Shown here: one piece after another, positions 27,204 through 40,500 of the stretch | Layout of the letters: the number at the start of each line of letters is the position of its first letter | Position numbering within the stretch: position 1 is the first letter of the stretch | NCBI GenBank assembly: GCA_040357565.1 | Contig: JBDODJ010000012.1 | Source of the DNA: Cercozoa sp. M6MM | Lineage: Eukaryota > Protista > Endomyxa: Ascetosporea | DNA length: 64,000 nucleotides | Strand: one strand, 5' to 3' | Program-made: the position numbers and the translations under genes | The notes under the pieces: generated by a model | The model's input: the letters and a program-made list of their open reading frames with translations, nothing else | Told to the model about the DNA's origin: nothing | The model's database searches: none

Positions 27204-30200
27204 ATGGGCTGTAGCACATCTTCAGAGGCTGCAGTAGTTGTGGCGGATGAGGATCGCACGACCCAGCGTCTGCTTGGGCACGAGAAACGCAATCGAAAGA
27301 CGCTTGGCGAAGAGACTGGGAACACCCCTGTCGCGCAAAGTTCGCGAAGCACTGAGCAGCATGCCTCTGGCGATGTACCGCAGCTGAAGGCAGATAGCTA
27401 CGAAGAGCGAAAGCAAATCTCGGCAGGCTTGCGCTCCTTTGCCGAATTGCCTGTGCCATCTTTGCACAAAAAGGGCAATTCTATAAGCGAAGACACTTGC
27501 CAAAAGCACTGGACTGAGTTTTTGGCTCGAGCGTTAGAGGAAGAAATACTACTTAAACAGGTAACTAAACTGCTGCCCTAAGGAGCAATTCAGAACTTTT
27601 TCGAGGTGACTTCTTACTTAAACTTATTTAGCTGCATGCTCGCACAAAGAAGCGAGAGAGGCAACCACTCTCTCAAGACAACCTGCGGGCGCGCACAGTT
27701 CGGCCGTTCTTATCCTCCACTTTTCGGGACTTCAACGAGGAACGAGATGCTTTGAATCGAGACGCTTTCCCCGTACCGTTAAACCTAATAATTTACCTAT
27801 TTCATAAAAAAATTAAAACCAACAGCTCGTATTGATTGACAGTTTCTCGAGCGCGTGTGCTCTCAACGTAACGTCTCGTTCGCTCCGCTTGACTTAAGGT
27901 GGGGCGTCACCTCGGAGCAGAGTGGCACGGGGCATGTTATCCGTGTATGTCTCGAAGGTATCGATTTTTCAACGCCGTACTTCGTGGGAAGCATTGGATT
28001 TCGCAACGGCTGGGCCTTGCCGCCACCGGATGCTTCCTACAAAGACGAACTCCTCGAAAAAACCTTCCAAGTCGCCGAAGAAATTCCAAAATTCGATTTT
28101 GTTCGCAAGTTGCGCAATCGCTCTGTGACCGAAATAGAAATCGCGTATGGAGCTCTCAATGCTGCCACAGGTACCACATTACACGACTGGAGTTTGTTTA
28201 AGTGATATCCGCGTATAACGTTGCACACAAGCAGAGAACGAAATCCAGAACACACGTTGTTTTTTCTATTTCAAATCCGCGGAGTTTTTGAAGACGGTTC
28301 CGCCCAGCGAACGCGCTACCTTTGTGGACGATGGAGTGGTTTTTTATTTCTTCCAGTTGTCGTTTCGGTTGGCTTCGGTGTCATTTGTCGCTTTAATCAG
28401 GCTGCTGCTCGTTTGAGTGATCTAAAAAGACGCATTATTGAGGCAGGACACTTTGTGCGATGGTACAGAACTCCGAACGAATACGCTCGTATGGTGCTTT
28501 CCGACATGCTGGAGTCCCTCGACACTGACTTCCCTGAGAACGACAAACAGCACGACACGATGGTATTGTATGCATGCAAGAGTCGGCGACCACACGCATT
28601 TTTTTAGCAGTATTTGTTCATTGTTTCAGAGTACTGAGCGGGATGTACACGACTCTATCGCGACTGAAGCAGGCAGATGTGTTTTCGGCCGCGACCAAGA
28701 GATAAAACAACTCGTGGCTTGGCTTGTATCCAAAGACGAAAGCACTAGCCATGTGCTCCGTGTCACCGGAAACCGCGACGGCGCTGGCGTCACCTCTACT
28801 GTAAAGCGCGAATCACATCATGCGCCTAATTTTTAAGACTGAGTGTCAGGATTGCTTAATTTAGTTGGGTGCGTTTGTTTGTCGGATGCAAAAATTCCAA
28901 AAAAAGGGCGACAACGAGAGTGATGATCTCGGCATCGCTTGGCAGAACGCAGAGGTCGTATACCGTCAGGTAAAGTTGGGTCTGTAGGAACCAAGCTTAG
29001 TTGTATTCTCTGAACGCTGGAGCAGGCAGGTGCCACTCCAGCAACTGTATCGCTAGTTGGCTTGCTCAACTCATTGAGCGACGACATCGGGCGTCGATAC
29101 GATCAATCGCAAGACCGAGAGGAGCAAGGGCACGAAGCTAGTCCGCTGCATCGAGCTCAACTTCAACTGGAAAACGTGTGCCAGCTTGCCACGCCAAGCA
29201 AACCTCTCCTCATTGGTAATCTCCAATGATGCGTACTTTGATTAAAAATATCACTCCGTGCAGTGGTGGATCACATCGACGAAGTGCGTGGGTTAAGGGG
29301 TCATATCAAGGTGCATGGCGGGTGGCATTCGTTGCTGCACTTCCATGCAGCAGCGCACCAATGCTGCCGCATCGTGTTTGCTTCGAGGCGACGCGCACTT
29401 GCATGGATAGCTGCTGAGGCTCGCAACACAGTATATTCGCATGGTGGTAGAGGCAGCTGGCGCTCGTCTTGGCGGCGAGTGTCCTCGCTGTATCGCAGTC
29501 ACCGTTCCTCGAGGAGGTCACCACGTCGAGAGTCTAACCGAGGCAAGATTTCGCAGTCTGGCCGTGCTTCTTCTATTTTATTGAAGGCGCGTTCTGTTGC
29601 AAAAGCAATAGAGAAGGATGTCGATCCGTCAGAGTCGTTTGTCTTGGGGAACTTGTCTCGCGATGCAGCAGCACAAGTGACTCGTTTTTATCTCAAACAG
29701 TTCGGCAAGGTCCTTGATGATGCCCAGATGCAAGCCTTGCTCCCTGAAGACGACAGGCATGCGACGCGCGTGGCTCTTTTCTTGAAAACCACACTGGAGG
29801 AACTGCGTGTGTTTGGCTCATTCGAGCATCTTACCGAGCACATTAAATCCTGTAGCGCACGCCCGAACATAACAGCGCTGATGCAAATAGTTTTAGACAG
29901 GATAGAACACGAGTTTGACTACGAACTTGTGGCCGCCTGTTGCTCAATCGTTGTGTTTGCCCGGCGTGGTGCCACCACGAACGAATTGCGCAGCGCACTG
30001 CGCGAGCAGGGTCACGACATGTGGCAAGTGACGTCGCTTTTGTCGCAAATGCGGCGCGTTGCTTTTGCGGAGGTAGCCGGTACGGTTCACTGCTATTCAC
30101 ACGCCAGTGATGCGAAGGCAGTATGTGTGCTTTGCGCAGGAGTGTTGCATGTGGCACACGAGTCGATCCATGAGGCGCTGCGACATAGATATGCCAGCCA

Positions 30201-33138
30201 TCGAGAGGCTGCCCAACAAGCACTGCTGAATGAGCTGCTACGGTGCACCGAGCGAGTGCAAAACGCTCAAAGCAATAGCGACGACACGAACACAGAAAGT
30301 AGCAACTCATCGAACGTTGCTTTTCCTCTGCGAGCCCTCGTCGAAGTTCCCTGGCTATACGTGCAACTGCGACGACATGAAAAAGTGCAACAGATACTTC
30401 TCGACCGACACTGGTTTTCCGCCTTGTACGGGGCAGCAGCATTTCGCGCAGATGTTGATGAAATCTATTCCTTTGCTACTGAAGACACCGGTTTTGAGGA
30501 CAAGCTGCTCAATGAGGTAGTTTCGTCTGTCGACTCGCAAATTCATGTTTCATTGTGTGTCTGTGAGCAGATTTGCGTCAGTGACAGCGACGACCACAAG
30601 TGCAAACTTGCACAGTTTTTTCTTGAAAAGGGCCAGTTGCAACGTTCCGAGACGTTGCTGCAGAACGTACGCGCACGAGAGCCTGCAGTCGTCGTGCAAC
30701 ATGCACTGCTGCTGCGACTCCAGCGAAAGTTTGAGCAAGCACACACGATGCTGACACAGCTGCTAGGAAAGCAAGATGGATCACTAAATAGCACCCTGCA
30801 GCTACATGTGTTATCCGAACTGGCTTCGCTGTCAACTCTTCTTGCGAGTGACCCTGCGCAAGCGATCTCGCTGCACAGTATTTTTTTGCACTCTTTCCCT
30901 TTGTTGCATTAAATTTATCTTTCAAATGATATGTGAAAACGTTGTGTTAGGACAAATACTGGAAATGAAGCAAAAAATGTACAACGGCGATAACAACGTC
31001 GTTGTCGCAGCCTCCAGAGTGACACTTGCCAACGCTTTATTGAATCCGCCGAATGTAAAAGTCGATTTTTCCTCGCGGAGCCGCTTGTACAATTTTGTGA
31101 CCAGAGCAAGCAAGCCGCTTCAGAAGCCGAAAATGAACTGACGCAAGCGATTAAGGTTCTACAGCAGTGGAGGTGCGCTGTCACTCCACGAACTTTTACC
31201 CCTTGACATAATGTATTCGTCGTTTGAAACACCTTGTAAATTTAGAGGTGAGCGCTCACTGGAGACAGCTGCTGCTCAAGTGTCTCTCGCTGCGGTACAC
31301 TCTTTGCGCCTGTAGTTAGAGCTGTGAATTGATCTCACAAAACAGTGTCAAGCACGGAAAGGAGAAATTGACGCTGCAGTAACAACACTTCGTGCAGCGT
31401 GGCTCACCAAACGGCGCTTGCTCGGTGGTACCGTGTTTTCGCTTCGATTTTCAATTTTTGGCAAAGACACTGCTGTAAATTATTGTTCTTGTTTAGAAAA
31501 GCACATCGCCTCCACAGCTACCGCACTGAATCTAGCAACTGCGTTGCTGCAGCAAAATACTGACGACGCGCATGAGGTCCGAATGGCATCGACTTTGATG
31601 TAATTAGTATACTGGGGGGGGGGGGGGGGGATAGCGACAGTTATGAAATTTAGGCGAGTACGCTGGCATTAACAGCGCTGACGGTGAGACAACAGCACTT
31701 AGCACCAAATGACCTTGCAGTACTTGCGTGTGCCAAAGTCCTCGCTATGTGTCACACAAAAAACCAAACAACGTGAGTTTCTTCTTACCCCTTCAAACCA
31801 AACTGAAAGTGTCTCTATCGGCAGAGAGAGCGCAAAAACTTTACGAAGCTGCGCTGACATCGCATTGGGTATTTCTGCGAACGACGTTCAGATCATAAAC
31901 TCCCATATTATGTTGCTCCTAACTTTGTAGACATTGCCGACTCAAGCACGGAGACAAACAACATAGAGGAGTGCGAACGGTGTGCCCTCAAGTGGTTGCG
32001 ACAAAGTGCGCATGCGTTCATGCAAACTTTGAGCGCTAAAGTTGGCAGTGACTCAGGTGTCATCGACCTTGAAGAACTAACGGCCATCGTCGCCGATACA
32101 TGTAAATTTTAATTTTTATCGACTGGTTTTTTCGCGCTGCTTTGTAAATGCGCAAGTAAATTTCACCTTGCACTGCGTTTCAGGCGCAAGAAGCTGGTGC
32201 TCGGCTGCGTTTGATGGTATGTATATATATACGTGTCCAAAATATATTGATTTCCTTGCACGAATCGCATCGGCACTTTTTTGTTGTTGTTGATAGAAGT
32301 GGCGCAGTTGATGCGTCAAGTTCTACAATTTGATCGATTGCCGGAAGCGAGCAAAACACGTGTGGAAGTTTGGTTGCGGGCAAGAACGAACGAAAATCTG
32401 TATCCTAAAACATGTTCAGTCTCACTGCTGACCTCTGTCTAGTCCAGCACACTCATGAAATTGTGTTGGCAGCACAAGTGAAGAGACGCCACTTTCAATT
32501 CTGATGCTTCAGTTGGAGCGAGCCATGGCAAGCAACGAGCGACAGCAGCGACTTCAGTGCGCACGAGATGTTCTAGTATATTTCCTCAGTCTGGAATCCT
32601 AACTTTTGGGAACACTGCAATGTTCCATGTCTTGTGTTCTCACGTAGTTGAGACTTGGCAATTCAAAGACACGTCAAAAAGAAAATGCTGCATCTGTGGG
32701 TGCGGCGATCGAATTAGTCTTTGCGGCCACATTGCAACGAGACACTGAGACCGAAAGCAATGTGTACCACTAACTGCCATTTCAAATCATTTTGTTTACA
32801 TGGGGTGTTCGTGTTACAGGCTAGAGCAAACAAAGCAAGGTGACTTGCTGTTCGAATTGCACTGCGTAGCCGAAGCGGCGCTCCCAGTCGATAGCGCTCT
32901 ACTTTCGGATATACGTTTCGAATTAGCAATGGCTTGGATCGAACTTGACCGAAGTATAGAAGAATCGCGTACTTGGCTTCTGCAGTCGCGAAAGTCCAAA
33001 GTAAACTTAAGTCATTTCTTCCAAGACGAGGCTTTTTGTCAAGCTAATTTACTTTAAATTGCCCAGGAATCGAGATTTGGCCCCAATCACGAGCAAGTGT
33101 TGGAAATCGATGATTGGTTGGAGGAGTTGGCAGTATGA
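27204..33138 (+). CDS. NPHP3/TTC41/TEP1-like protein: DUF4062-like domain + STAND/NACHT-like NTPase + TPR repeats
   Basis: Start MGCSTSS. VRPFLSSTFRDFNEERDAL and LDLRWGVT...VIRVCLEGID..PYFVGSIGFRNGW (DUF4062-like). Walker-B-like LLIVVDHIDEV. YLKQFGKVLDDAQ...LFLKTTLEELRVFGSFEHL is typical of this family. KLC-type TPR motifs; ends ESRFGPNHEQVLEIDDWLEELAV*. Confidence 0.75.
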
Positions 33139-33635
33139 ACAGAAGCCAATTCAGTAACATTGCTCTGGACGGCGAGACACTGTTCCTGAGTTGGCTGCAA
33201 CATGCAACGGCAACCATCATAGTTTGGCCTTGTGCAGCGCCTGCGCGATGCTTCGAAAGCCGGCTAGTGTTGTCTAACGCTGTGCGAGAGGTCAAACGAT
33301 TTTAAAATCCAAGTGCCTGCTAGGATTTAAAAACTTAATCGGGCATTAAATTTATAGCATTTTAATCGCATTATATTTATAGCAGTGTAAATTTACTGTA
33401 TGCCCTTTCCATCCAATGTCGCGATTAAACACACTGATGTCACAGCCCAAGGAACTCAGTGAGAATCTAACTATTGTACATTGTCCCGGATCGAAGGGGG
33501 GGGGGGGCGAAACCACGAAACAAGAAACGCCTAGAAACGTCACACAGTTTTCGGCTTGTCAAGTCGTGAACGTACCCAAGGGATACTCATAACTACAAGG
33601 TGAAGCTGGCAAACTGAAACCGCAACGGCTAATCG

Positions 33636-35195
33636 ATGAGTCACATACCCAAACTGCCGAGCCACGTAATCTTAAACTTAAACTTACGTCTCCAATCCCC
33701 CATCCACACTCAAACTGTTGAGATGAGTAGGTTCGAGAAGCGCAACGCGTGCAGAGGGTGCAGCAACTAGCCAAATACCTTCGTTGGCAGCGGTAATTCC
33801 GCGCTACTCCCTTGAAAATTAAAAAACAATCTGCGTATTAAAATTTAGACAACGACGGGCGATGGTGTTGCGTCAAATGATGCTAGAGTAAAATTTACCC
33901 ATGTCTTTATCGATACTGAGTTTTGTTTGTGTTTTGACTTGGCATTCAGTTTTATAAATTTTAGTAGCAAACAACACGCTTACAACGGAGACGCACTGAA
34001 GCGCCGATTGCTGGCGGCACATGAGCAGCGCATGCGACAGGTTCCGAACCGGACGACGACAAGCAACCCCAATAAGCCGATGTTGCCGGCGGCTCTTCGC
34101 TTGAACTTACCGGGTGCGAGTGAGACACCAATCGTGTCCCCTATGAGCGCTGCTCTTGTTGCGTGTACCGAAGAAGAGCGGCTTAGAGGTATGCCACGTT
34201 GCATACGCATAAATATTGTATTTTCTATGCTAAAAATACCGATACAATTGTAAGTTTAGTGACATCGGAAGTAGGAAAATCAATTCTAAGAAAGCTGACT
34301 CGAGAATACTATGGTGCAGCCGCTCAGCGACAGACTTCTGTCAACATTTCAGGTAGATTAGACTGAGTATCACTCATTCACATTCATGAAAAATGACTTC
34401 AGATGTAGCAGACCGAGCCAAAACTTCATCTTCAGCTGCGACAACGTCTTCGTCGACAACGTCTTCGTCGAAGTCAATTGAGTTTCCACTGGCATTGTTT
34501 CTCAGACTCAGTGCCGAAAAAAACAAACACCGGTATTCAACAATCTTAAACAAAGCAGAACCAAAACAACTCCCATTTGTTCAAACGAAACGCGTAGGGC
34601 AGCAGCTTTGGCGTATCAGTGTTGTCACTCCGTGGAAGGTCATGAGGCGAACATGTACGGGAAACCCATCCTCCGCGCTACTACATTGAATGATGTACCT
34701 GCTTTGCTCAGCAAGGACGTTAAATTCTGCTTCGGAAGAAACCGCTTTTCGCACCGAGGAGTAAAGGTACAGTACTCACTCACTTGCAGTCGAGTTGTCC
34801 ATCCCCCTCGCATTGGTTGACCCGTCCATCCTCCTCGCATTGGTTACAGTGCGAGTTCGCAAGCAAAAGCGCGCTTCGGTGGTTCATATCCGCCGTGTGC
34901 ATCAACCACTGTAAGGTACTGAAACCATACCCCTCCCTAGACTGATAAGTATGCCGATTGCATACCCGTTCTGCAGGCACACATTCCGATGTCGCAACCA
35001 CTGCGCGAGTTTTTTAAACTGCCTTCCCCAGTGCCAAAGAAAGCCAAGACTAAAGCGGCTCGAGAGTTTGTTCGTCTCAGTGCTCCCCCAAACTCTACGC
35101 GGAACCTTTCCTTGAGCGCCAGCGATCCGGATATTCGACGCGGCGCTCTGTGTCTTTTGGAATTCCGGCGGACACTGCGAGAGCGGCAAGCATAA
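33636..35195 (+). CDS. Hypothetical basic protein, multi-exon
   Basis: Splices in frame as MSHIPKLPSH|VREAQRVQRVQQLAKYLRWQR|QRRAMVLRQMML|DSKQHAYNGD... and ends ...FRRTLRERQA*. No family recognised. Confidence 0.55.
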
Positions 35196-35598
35196 GAAAA
35201 GTAGTGTGTATACATTAAATTTACTGAACTGAACTGGGATCTCCGCTCGCCTCCACAATTGAACGTAGTGGATATAGCCTGTTTCTTGAGTGGCTCTAAC
35301 TCCCATCCCGGTCGTTACCCGCCATGTCAGCCACAGAATTCGAAAGTTTTTCAGTTTTCCCGGTCCAGCACGGCAGCTGCAGTGTTACTACGCTATTCAG
35401 CTGCGTCGAGAACATTCATTGAGCGCAAACGACGTCGACTACTGTACGCCAACTTTCCCACGCGGTTCAGTTTGAGTTCTGTATCTATGAGTAACCCCGC
35501 AATTGCAACCAGCGACTTCATCGACCGACGCAGACGCGATTTGACGGGCCAGACAACGATACATAGAGCCTGAGTATTCAACCCGAACGTTGCGTTAC

Positions 35599-35716
35599 TT
35601 ACTGCCACAGCTTGACGAGGCCATCCCAGCCGCACGTAGCCACGAGCGACGGACGGTGCGGATGCCACGTCACACCCACGCAAGCCTGTCACAAGGAGCA
35701 CACGCATACGTCTATG

Positions 35717-35778
<62 letters not shown>

Positions 35779-36080
35779 GGGGGGGGGGGGGTCAAAACAG
35801 ATGTGGGCATACCCCTTCGTGGCACTTCATCATGCGCTGTCGGCGGCCAGAGTTCCAGTCCCTGTCGTGCATCGCGAGAGTGTCAAACCAGTCAGTGTGT
35901 GGAAGGATAGGATAGCAGATAGGATACCAGAAGAACATGCGTCCATCGGAAGAACCAGAGGACACGAAGCGGCCGTCGGGAGACACGTCGCACTGAATGG
36001 CAAAGCCGGCGTTCTGGTGGCCGGAGAACTTCTTCTTGCTCTGATGGGGGGGGGGGGGTAAAGCGGTGTATATGCATATA

Positions 36081-36114
<34 letters not shown>

Positions 36115-36670
36115 TGGGGTACCTCCATGCGGAACTTGTTGGTGCTGCCCCAGGTGAGGATCTTGTTGTTCTGCGACTGCACCAAAAAGTGCTGATCCGA
36201 CGGCGTGCGTGTCACCCTAAAAACATGGCATTTATACAGACACAGACGCAAGTATAGACGGGGGGGGGGGGGGGTGGGGTAGTAGTACCAAGACGACGCA
36301 TGCATCCACGGTTCCAGCATGTGCTTCACTGGCACCGGCGCACCGTACTCCCACCTGGGACACAAGTGGGTAGGGGGAAGTTATACCAAGGGTTACAAGA
36401 GGTAGGGGCAGTACACAATAATCTTCTTGTCGTCACCGACCGAGACGAAACGACGGCCGCCATCGATGAAGCAGATCGAGTTGACGGCGTCGAGGTGCTC
36501 CTCGTAGACCTGGGCCACCTTGCCGCCCTACACACGGAGTGGGGTAGGGGGAGGGGGTAAGGAAAAGTAATGTCCGGGGTACCTGCGTCTTGAGTTTGGC
36601 GAGGTCGCTGTTCGGGTCCAAGTGCTCCGGTGGCGGTGGTGCTCGCGTGTCCTATGGTTCGGGAGGTAAA

Positions 36671-36701
<31 letters not shown>

Positions 36702-39003
36702 ACAAAGGGTATAGTGGGTACCCACTGCACGATACGCCGGTTACGCTGACCGCAGAGGAACTCGTCCTTGCCGCGCAACGGGTGGAACTTGGCGCACAAC
36801 GGTGTCACACCCTGCAAGGAGAGGTGGTAAGGGGGGGGGGGGGGGGGAAATGCAACTGGTAGGATAGTACAGTAGTGTGACGCGACACGACCTGTCCCGT
36901 CTCGGTGTCCCACAGCTACAGACAGACATGCACGTCAGACACTTTGACACACACACACAGAACCTGCCCCCACAAAACCCCACCTTGGTGTAGTAGTCGT
37001 AGGACACGGTGAGGAAGTGCCGACCGTCGCTTGAGAAGTCGATGGCACGCACGGCCTGTCCAGGGGGTAAGCGCGCGCGGGGGGGGGGGGGCGAAAGTGG
37101 ATGCGGGGGTACCTTCTCGTGACCAGCGTAGTCGCGCAGCAGCGACGGCTTTCTTCTCGAGTCGGTGCCGCCGGCTGACCACAGTTTGACCAGTCCGCCC
37201 ATCCCCGCGGACAACAGCAAGTGACCGCTCTGCGGCAGCCACTGCACCGCCGCCACCGCCTTGTCGTGTCCACGCAGCGTGGCCTGAGTCCGGGGGGGGG
37301 GGGGTAAGGGGGAGAGAATAAAGCAAGGCATGAGATACAAAGTGTCGCTTCGGAATCGAGTTGAAGCCAGCGAGTTCCTCGTCGCTCTCGCTGCACGAAT
37401 CAAGGAGTATCGTAGTATCGGGGNNNNNNNNNNNNNNNNNNNNNNNNNNNNNNNNNNNNNNNNNNNNNNNNNNNNNNNNNNNNNNNNNNNNNNNNNNNNN
37501 NNNNNNNNNNNNNNNNNNNNNNNGCGGGGGCTAAGGTAAGGCCAGTAAGGTATACGGGCTTAGATAGCACACCTGCCGAGGTAGTCCGTGGCAGGCGAGG
37601 ACGACACCCACTGTGATGTCTCTGCAGGAAGGAGAGGTAGGGGGTAAGGGTAGAAAGAGGAAGGCATTACCGATGGCTCTCTGGTGGCGCAAACGTGCCA
37701 ACGTTTGATCCTCCGACTCGAGCTACCAGATTGAGGGACATTGGGGTGGGGGAGGGGAGGAAGCAATGCAAGAACAAGCCTACATCGTCGAGAGCGACGT
37801 CACCACCGTGACGATATCTGTGCGCGTCGTGTCTGATCTGTACAGGGTAGGACACATACGGACACCCCATAGGGACAGGTACACATGGACAAACACAGAT
37901 ACATATAGACAGAGTGGTACCTGAACATCGCGCGCGTTCTCCATTCGCTGTCGCTCGCGCTCTTCCTCGTCTGCAAATACGCGTGTAAAGTGGTACGGGG
38001 GGGGGGGGGGGTAAGCGAAGTCGAGGTGTACGTACCTTCCGAGTCCTCCTCCTCCTCCTCCTCGGCTTCAACCACTTCTGGCTCGCTCTCTTCCTGCAGA
38101 CACACCCGCACATGTACACATGCACACAGGCATACACCAGCACACTGGGTGACCAAGGCAGAGTGCAAACGATACGAGTTCTGCGTCGGAGAGAGTGCCA
38201 AATTTGTCCTTGTGCAGCAGTTGCACCTCCTCGTCGCTGTCGCTCTCACTGTCGCTCTGGGGTCTGCCGTGTCATCGCAATGAAACAGAAAAGTTAAAAA
38301 AGGTAGGGTAGGGGAGGGTAGGCATAGAGTAGGGTAGGCATAGAGTAGGGTAGGCATAGAGTAGGCAGGGTAGCAAAGTAGGGTAAACACACTTGACTGA
38401 AGGCGCGAGACGTCGCTTCTTGCGCTTGCGGCGGCGCTTGAGCGACTGCGGCGCCACTGTGGCCAGTCTGCGCAGCATACAAAATAAACAGACATATGAA
38501 TGATCAGGCCGAAAAGATGCTACCGAGCAGCCTCAAAAGCAGCGTGATCCATTGCGTAGAGTTCGGCATGACCCGTCACCTTCTTCTGCCCAGACATTCC
38601 TCATAAGCAACACCACAGCATTGCAAAAATTCGGTTAAACACACCTTAATGCCACTGGCGAAGGTCGGACCAGCCACCGGAGCGTACATCTACGCAACAA
38701 CACACACATGCCGCAGAAAGAAAAGACCAGCTCCGCAATCTCCCAGGTACCTGCTGAATGGGAATGGCGCGCGCAAGCGAGTCGGCGTTCGGGTCCAACA
38801 CCGCCATCAACTGACACAAACATCATTTTCAATTTTGATATTGCATTCTGCCACCTGCCAGGCCATCCATACGCGCGATGAGCGGTTTAAAACTAACTTA
38901 CTGGAGCCACGGACACCTCGGGCGCCAGCGAGACGGCCTGACCCGTCAGATGTTGCTCAGTGTCACTCTCATCGCTGGAGTAGGCCACGAGACCAGCGTC
39001 CAT
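35599..39003 (-). CDS. CDC40: Pre-mRNA-processing factor 17 (CDC40/PRP17), WD40 protein
   Basis: Start MDAGLVAYSSDES. TLRGHDKAVAAVQWLPQSGHLLLSAGMGGLVKLW, YEEHLDAVNSICFIDGGRRFVSVGDDKKI, WEYGAPVPVKHMLEPWMH, KKKFSGHQNAGFA, ATCGWDGLVKLWQ*. Spans a 100-N gap at 37424-37523. Confidence 0.93.
37424..37523. other. Assembly gap (100 N); 10-N gaps also at 1936, 5699, 16404, 62936 inside microsatellites
   Basis: N runs in the sequence. Confidence 0.99.
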
Positions 39004-39212
39004 CGTAACTGTTGTATTACGACACACACACGCACGTGGGCACACCTTATGGCCGTCAGCGGCTAGCTCCACCAGTGGAACCCAATCGGCTCGACACAAA
39101 ATACTGTTTTTGGTACAAATGGACCTAATTATGGAATCCTTCTCGAAGTTTCGACCAGCCAACAGCCCCCAGTGTCTCTAACGTGTGAGCGGAGTGATAA
39201 ATTACAGTTGCA

Positions 39213-40172
39213 ATGAGGTGAGCTCAGTTTTGCTAGCATCAAAGGTGTCTGGCGTGGCATTTTTGCATTTGCTGCAGCGAGGCCCGTGTTCCGTCGTTCC
39301 GCTGGGCGCAAGACAAGAAGCACGTCTACGTGTCGATCGAGGTCGTTGACTGTGACCTGCACAAGGCCGATGTGCAGACCTCGGTACCTGTGCGCGTGCT
39401 TATCTGCAGCTTGATTCTTACCTTCTGTATTTTGCGCAGTCGCTGAGTTTCGAGGGTTCCGACCGCAACGGAATCAAGTTCGCGCTGGACATTCACCTGC
39501 GCTGCGAGGTAAAGACGCACGCTCTATCATCTTGTTGTCTTTCCATGTCTCTTTATTGTTGCTTCCGCAGGTGGACGCCGTGAAGAGCAAGTACTCAACG
39601 CACCGCAACGTCGAGTTCATCCTGGAGAAGGCGTCCGACGAGTGGTGGCCGCACCTGCTCACCAAGGTGCTCTCTTCCTCCCTCTGCCTCTCTACCTCTC
39701 TGCCTCTCTTTGTCTCTCTATCGCAATGTTGATATGCAATGCGTGTGGTGTGTCTGTGCACAGGAGGACAAGGCCAAGTACCGACAGCGCTGCCACGTCG
39801 ACTTCGACAAGTGGATCGACGAGGACGAGGCCGATGAGCAGTCTATGTTCGGCGCTCACGACTTCTCCAAGTTCCAGGGCCTCCGTACCTCCTGCCTTTA
39901 GCCTCTGTAGTGTACTATTTGTTGACTGCTGTACGGGTTAACTGTGCAGCGGGTGGCATGGGCGGCATGGACATGGCTGGCATGGGCGGCATGGGCGGCG
40001 GCGGCATGGAGGCCCTGTTGAGTCAGATGGGCAACATGGGCAAGGAGGGCTTTGCCATGGCCGACGAAAATGAGGTACGCGATGCATATTCGCATGCTTT
40101 GTACCCCTACATACCTTTACGCAACGACAGGATAGCGACGACGATGAGGAGCTGCCCGAACTCGACGTTTAA
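39213..40172 (+). CDS. HSP90 co-chaperone p23 (Sba1/PTGES3 family, CS domain)
   Basis: ATGAG, intron, then CGAG gives MSEARVPSFRWAQDKKHVYVSIEV...WWPHLLTKEDK...VDFDKWIDEDE, a GGM-rich tail and DSDDDEELPELDV*. Confidence 0.93.
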
Positions 40173-40500
40173 GCGTTAGTCCGTCGTCTTAGGTTTCGCT
40201 GTGACGTTTAGTGCTAGTTAAACCATTAACGTAAGTTGGCATTGCTGGCCCGGCCACCCCCGCGCGTTTACACTCAGTACGTAAAACGGGTTGTCGTGCC
40301 GTTCGCGATCGATACCGTTCGCACCTCGGCCAACGGCAGCTCGGCGGGCACACGACCTCGGGACTTCTTTTGTTGCAAAATGCGAGATTATTTTGTTGCA
40401 AAATCGAGCCCGAGTTGACACCAAAAACACTCCTAGTCCACTAAACTGCGTCGAGTACTACTTTCCCGCGGTTGTGCGAGATTTTTGTACGTCCACGCCA

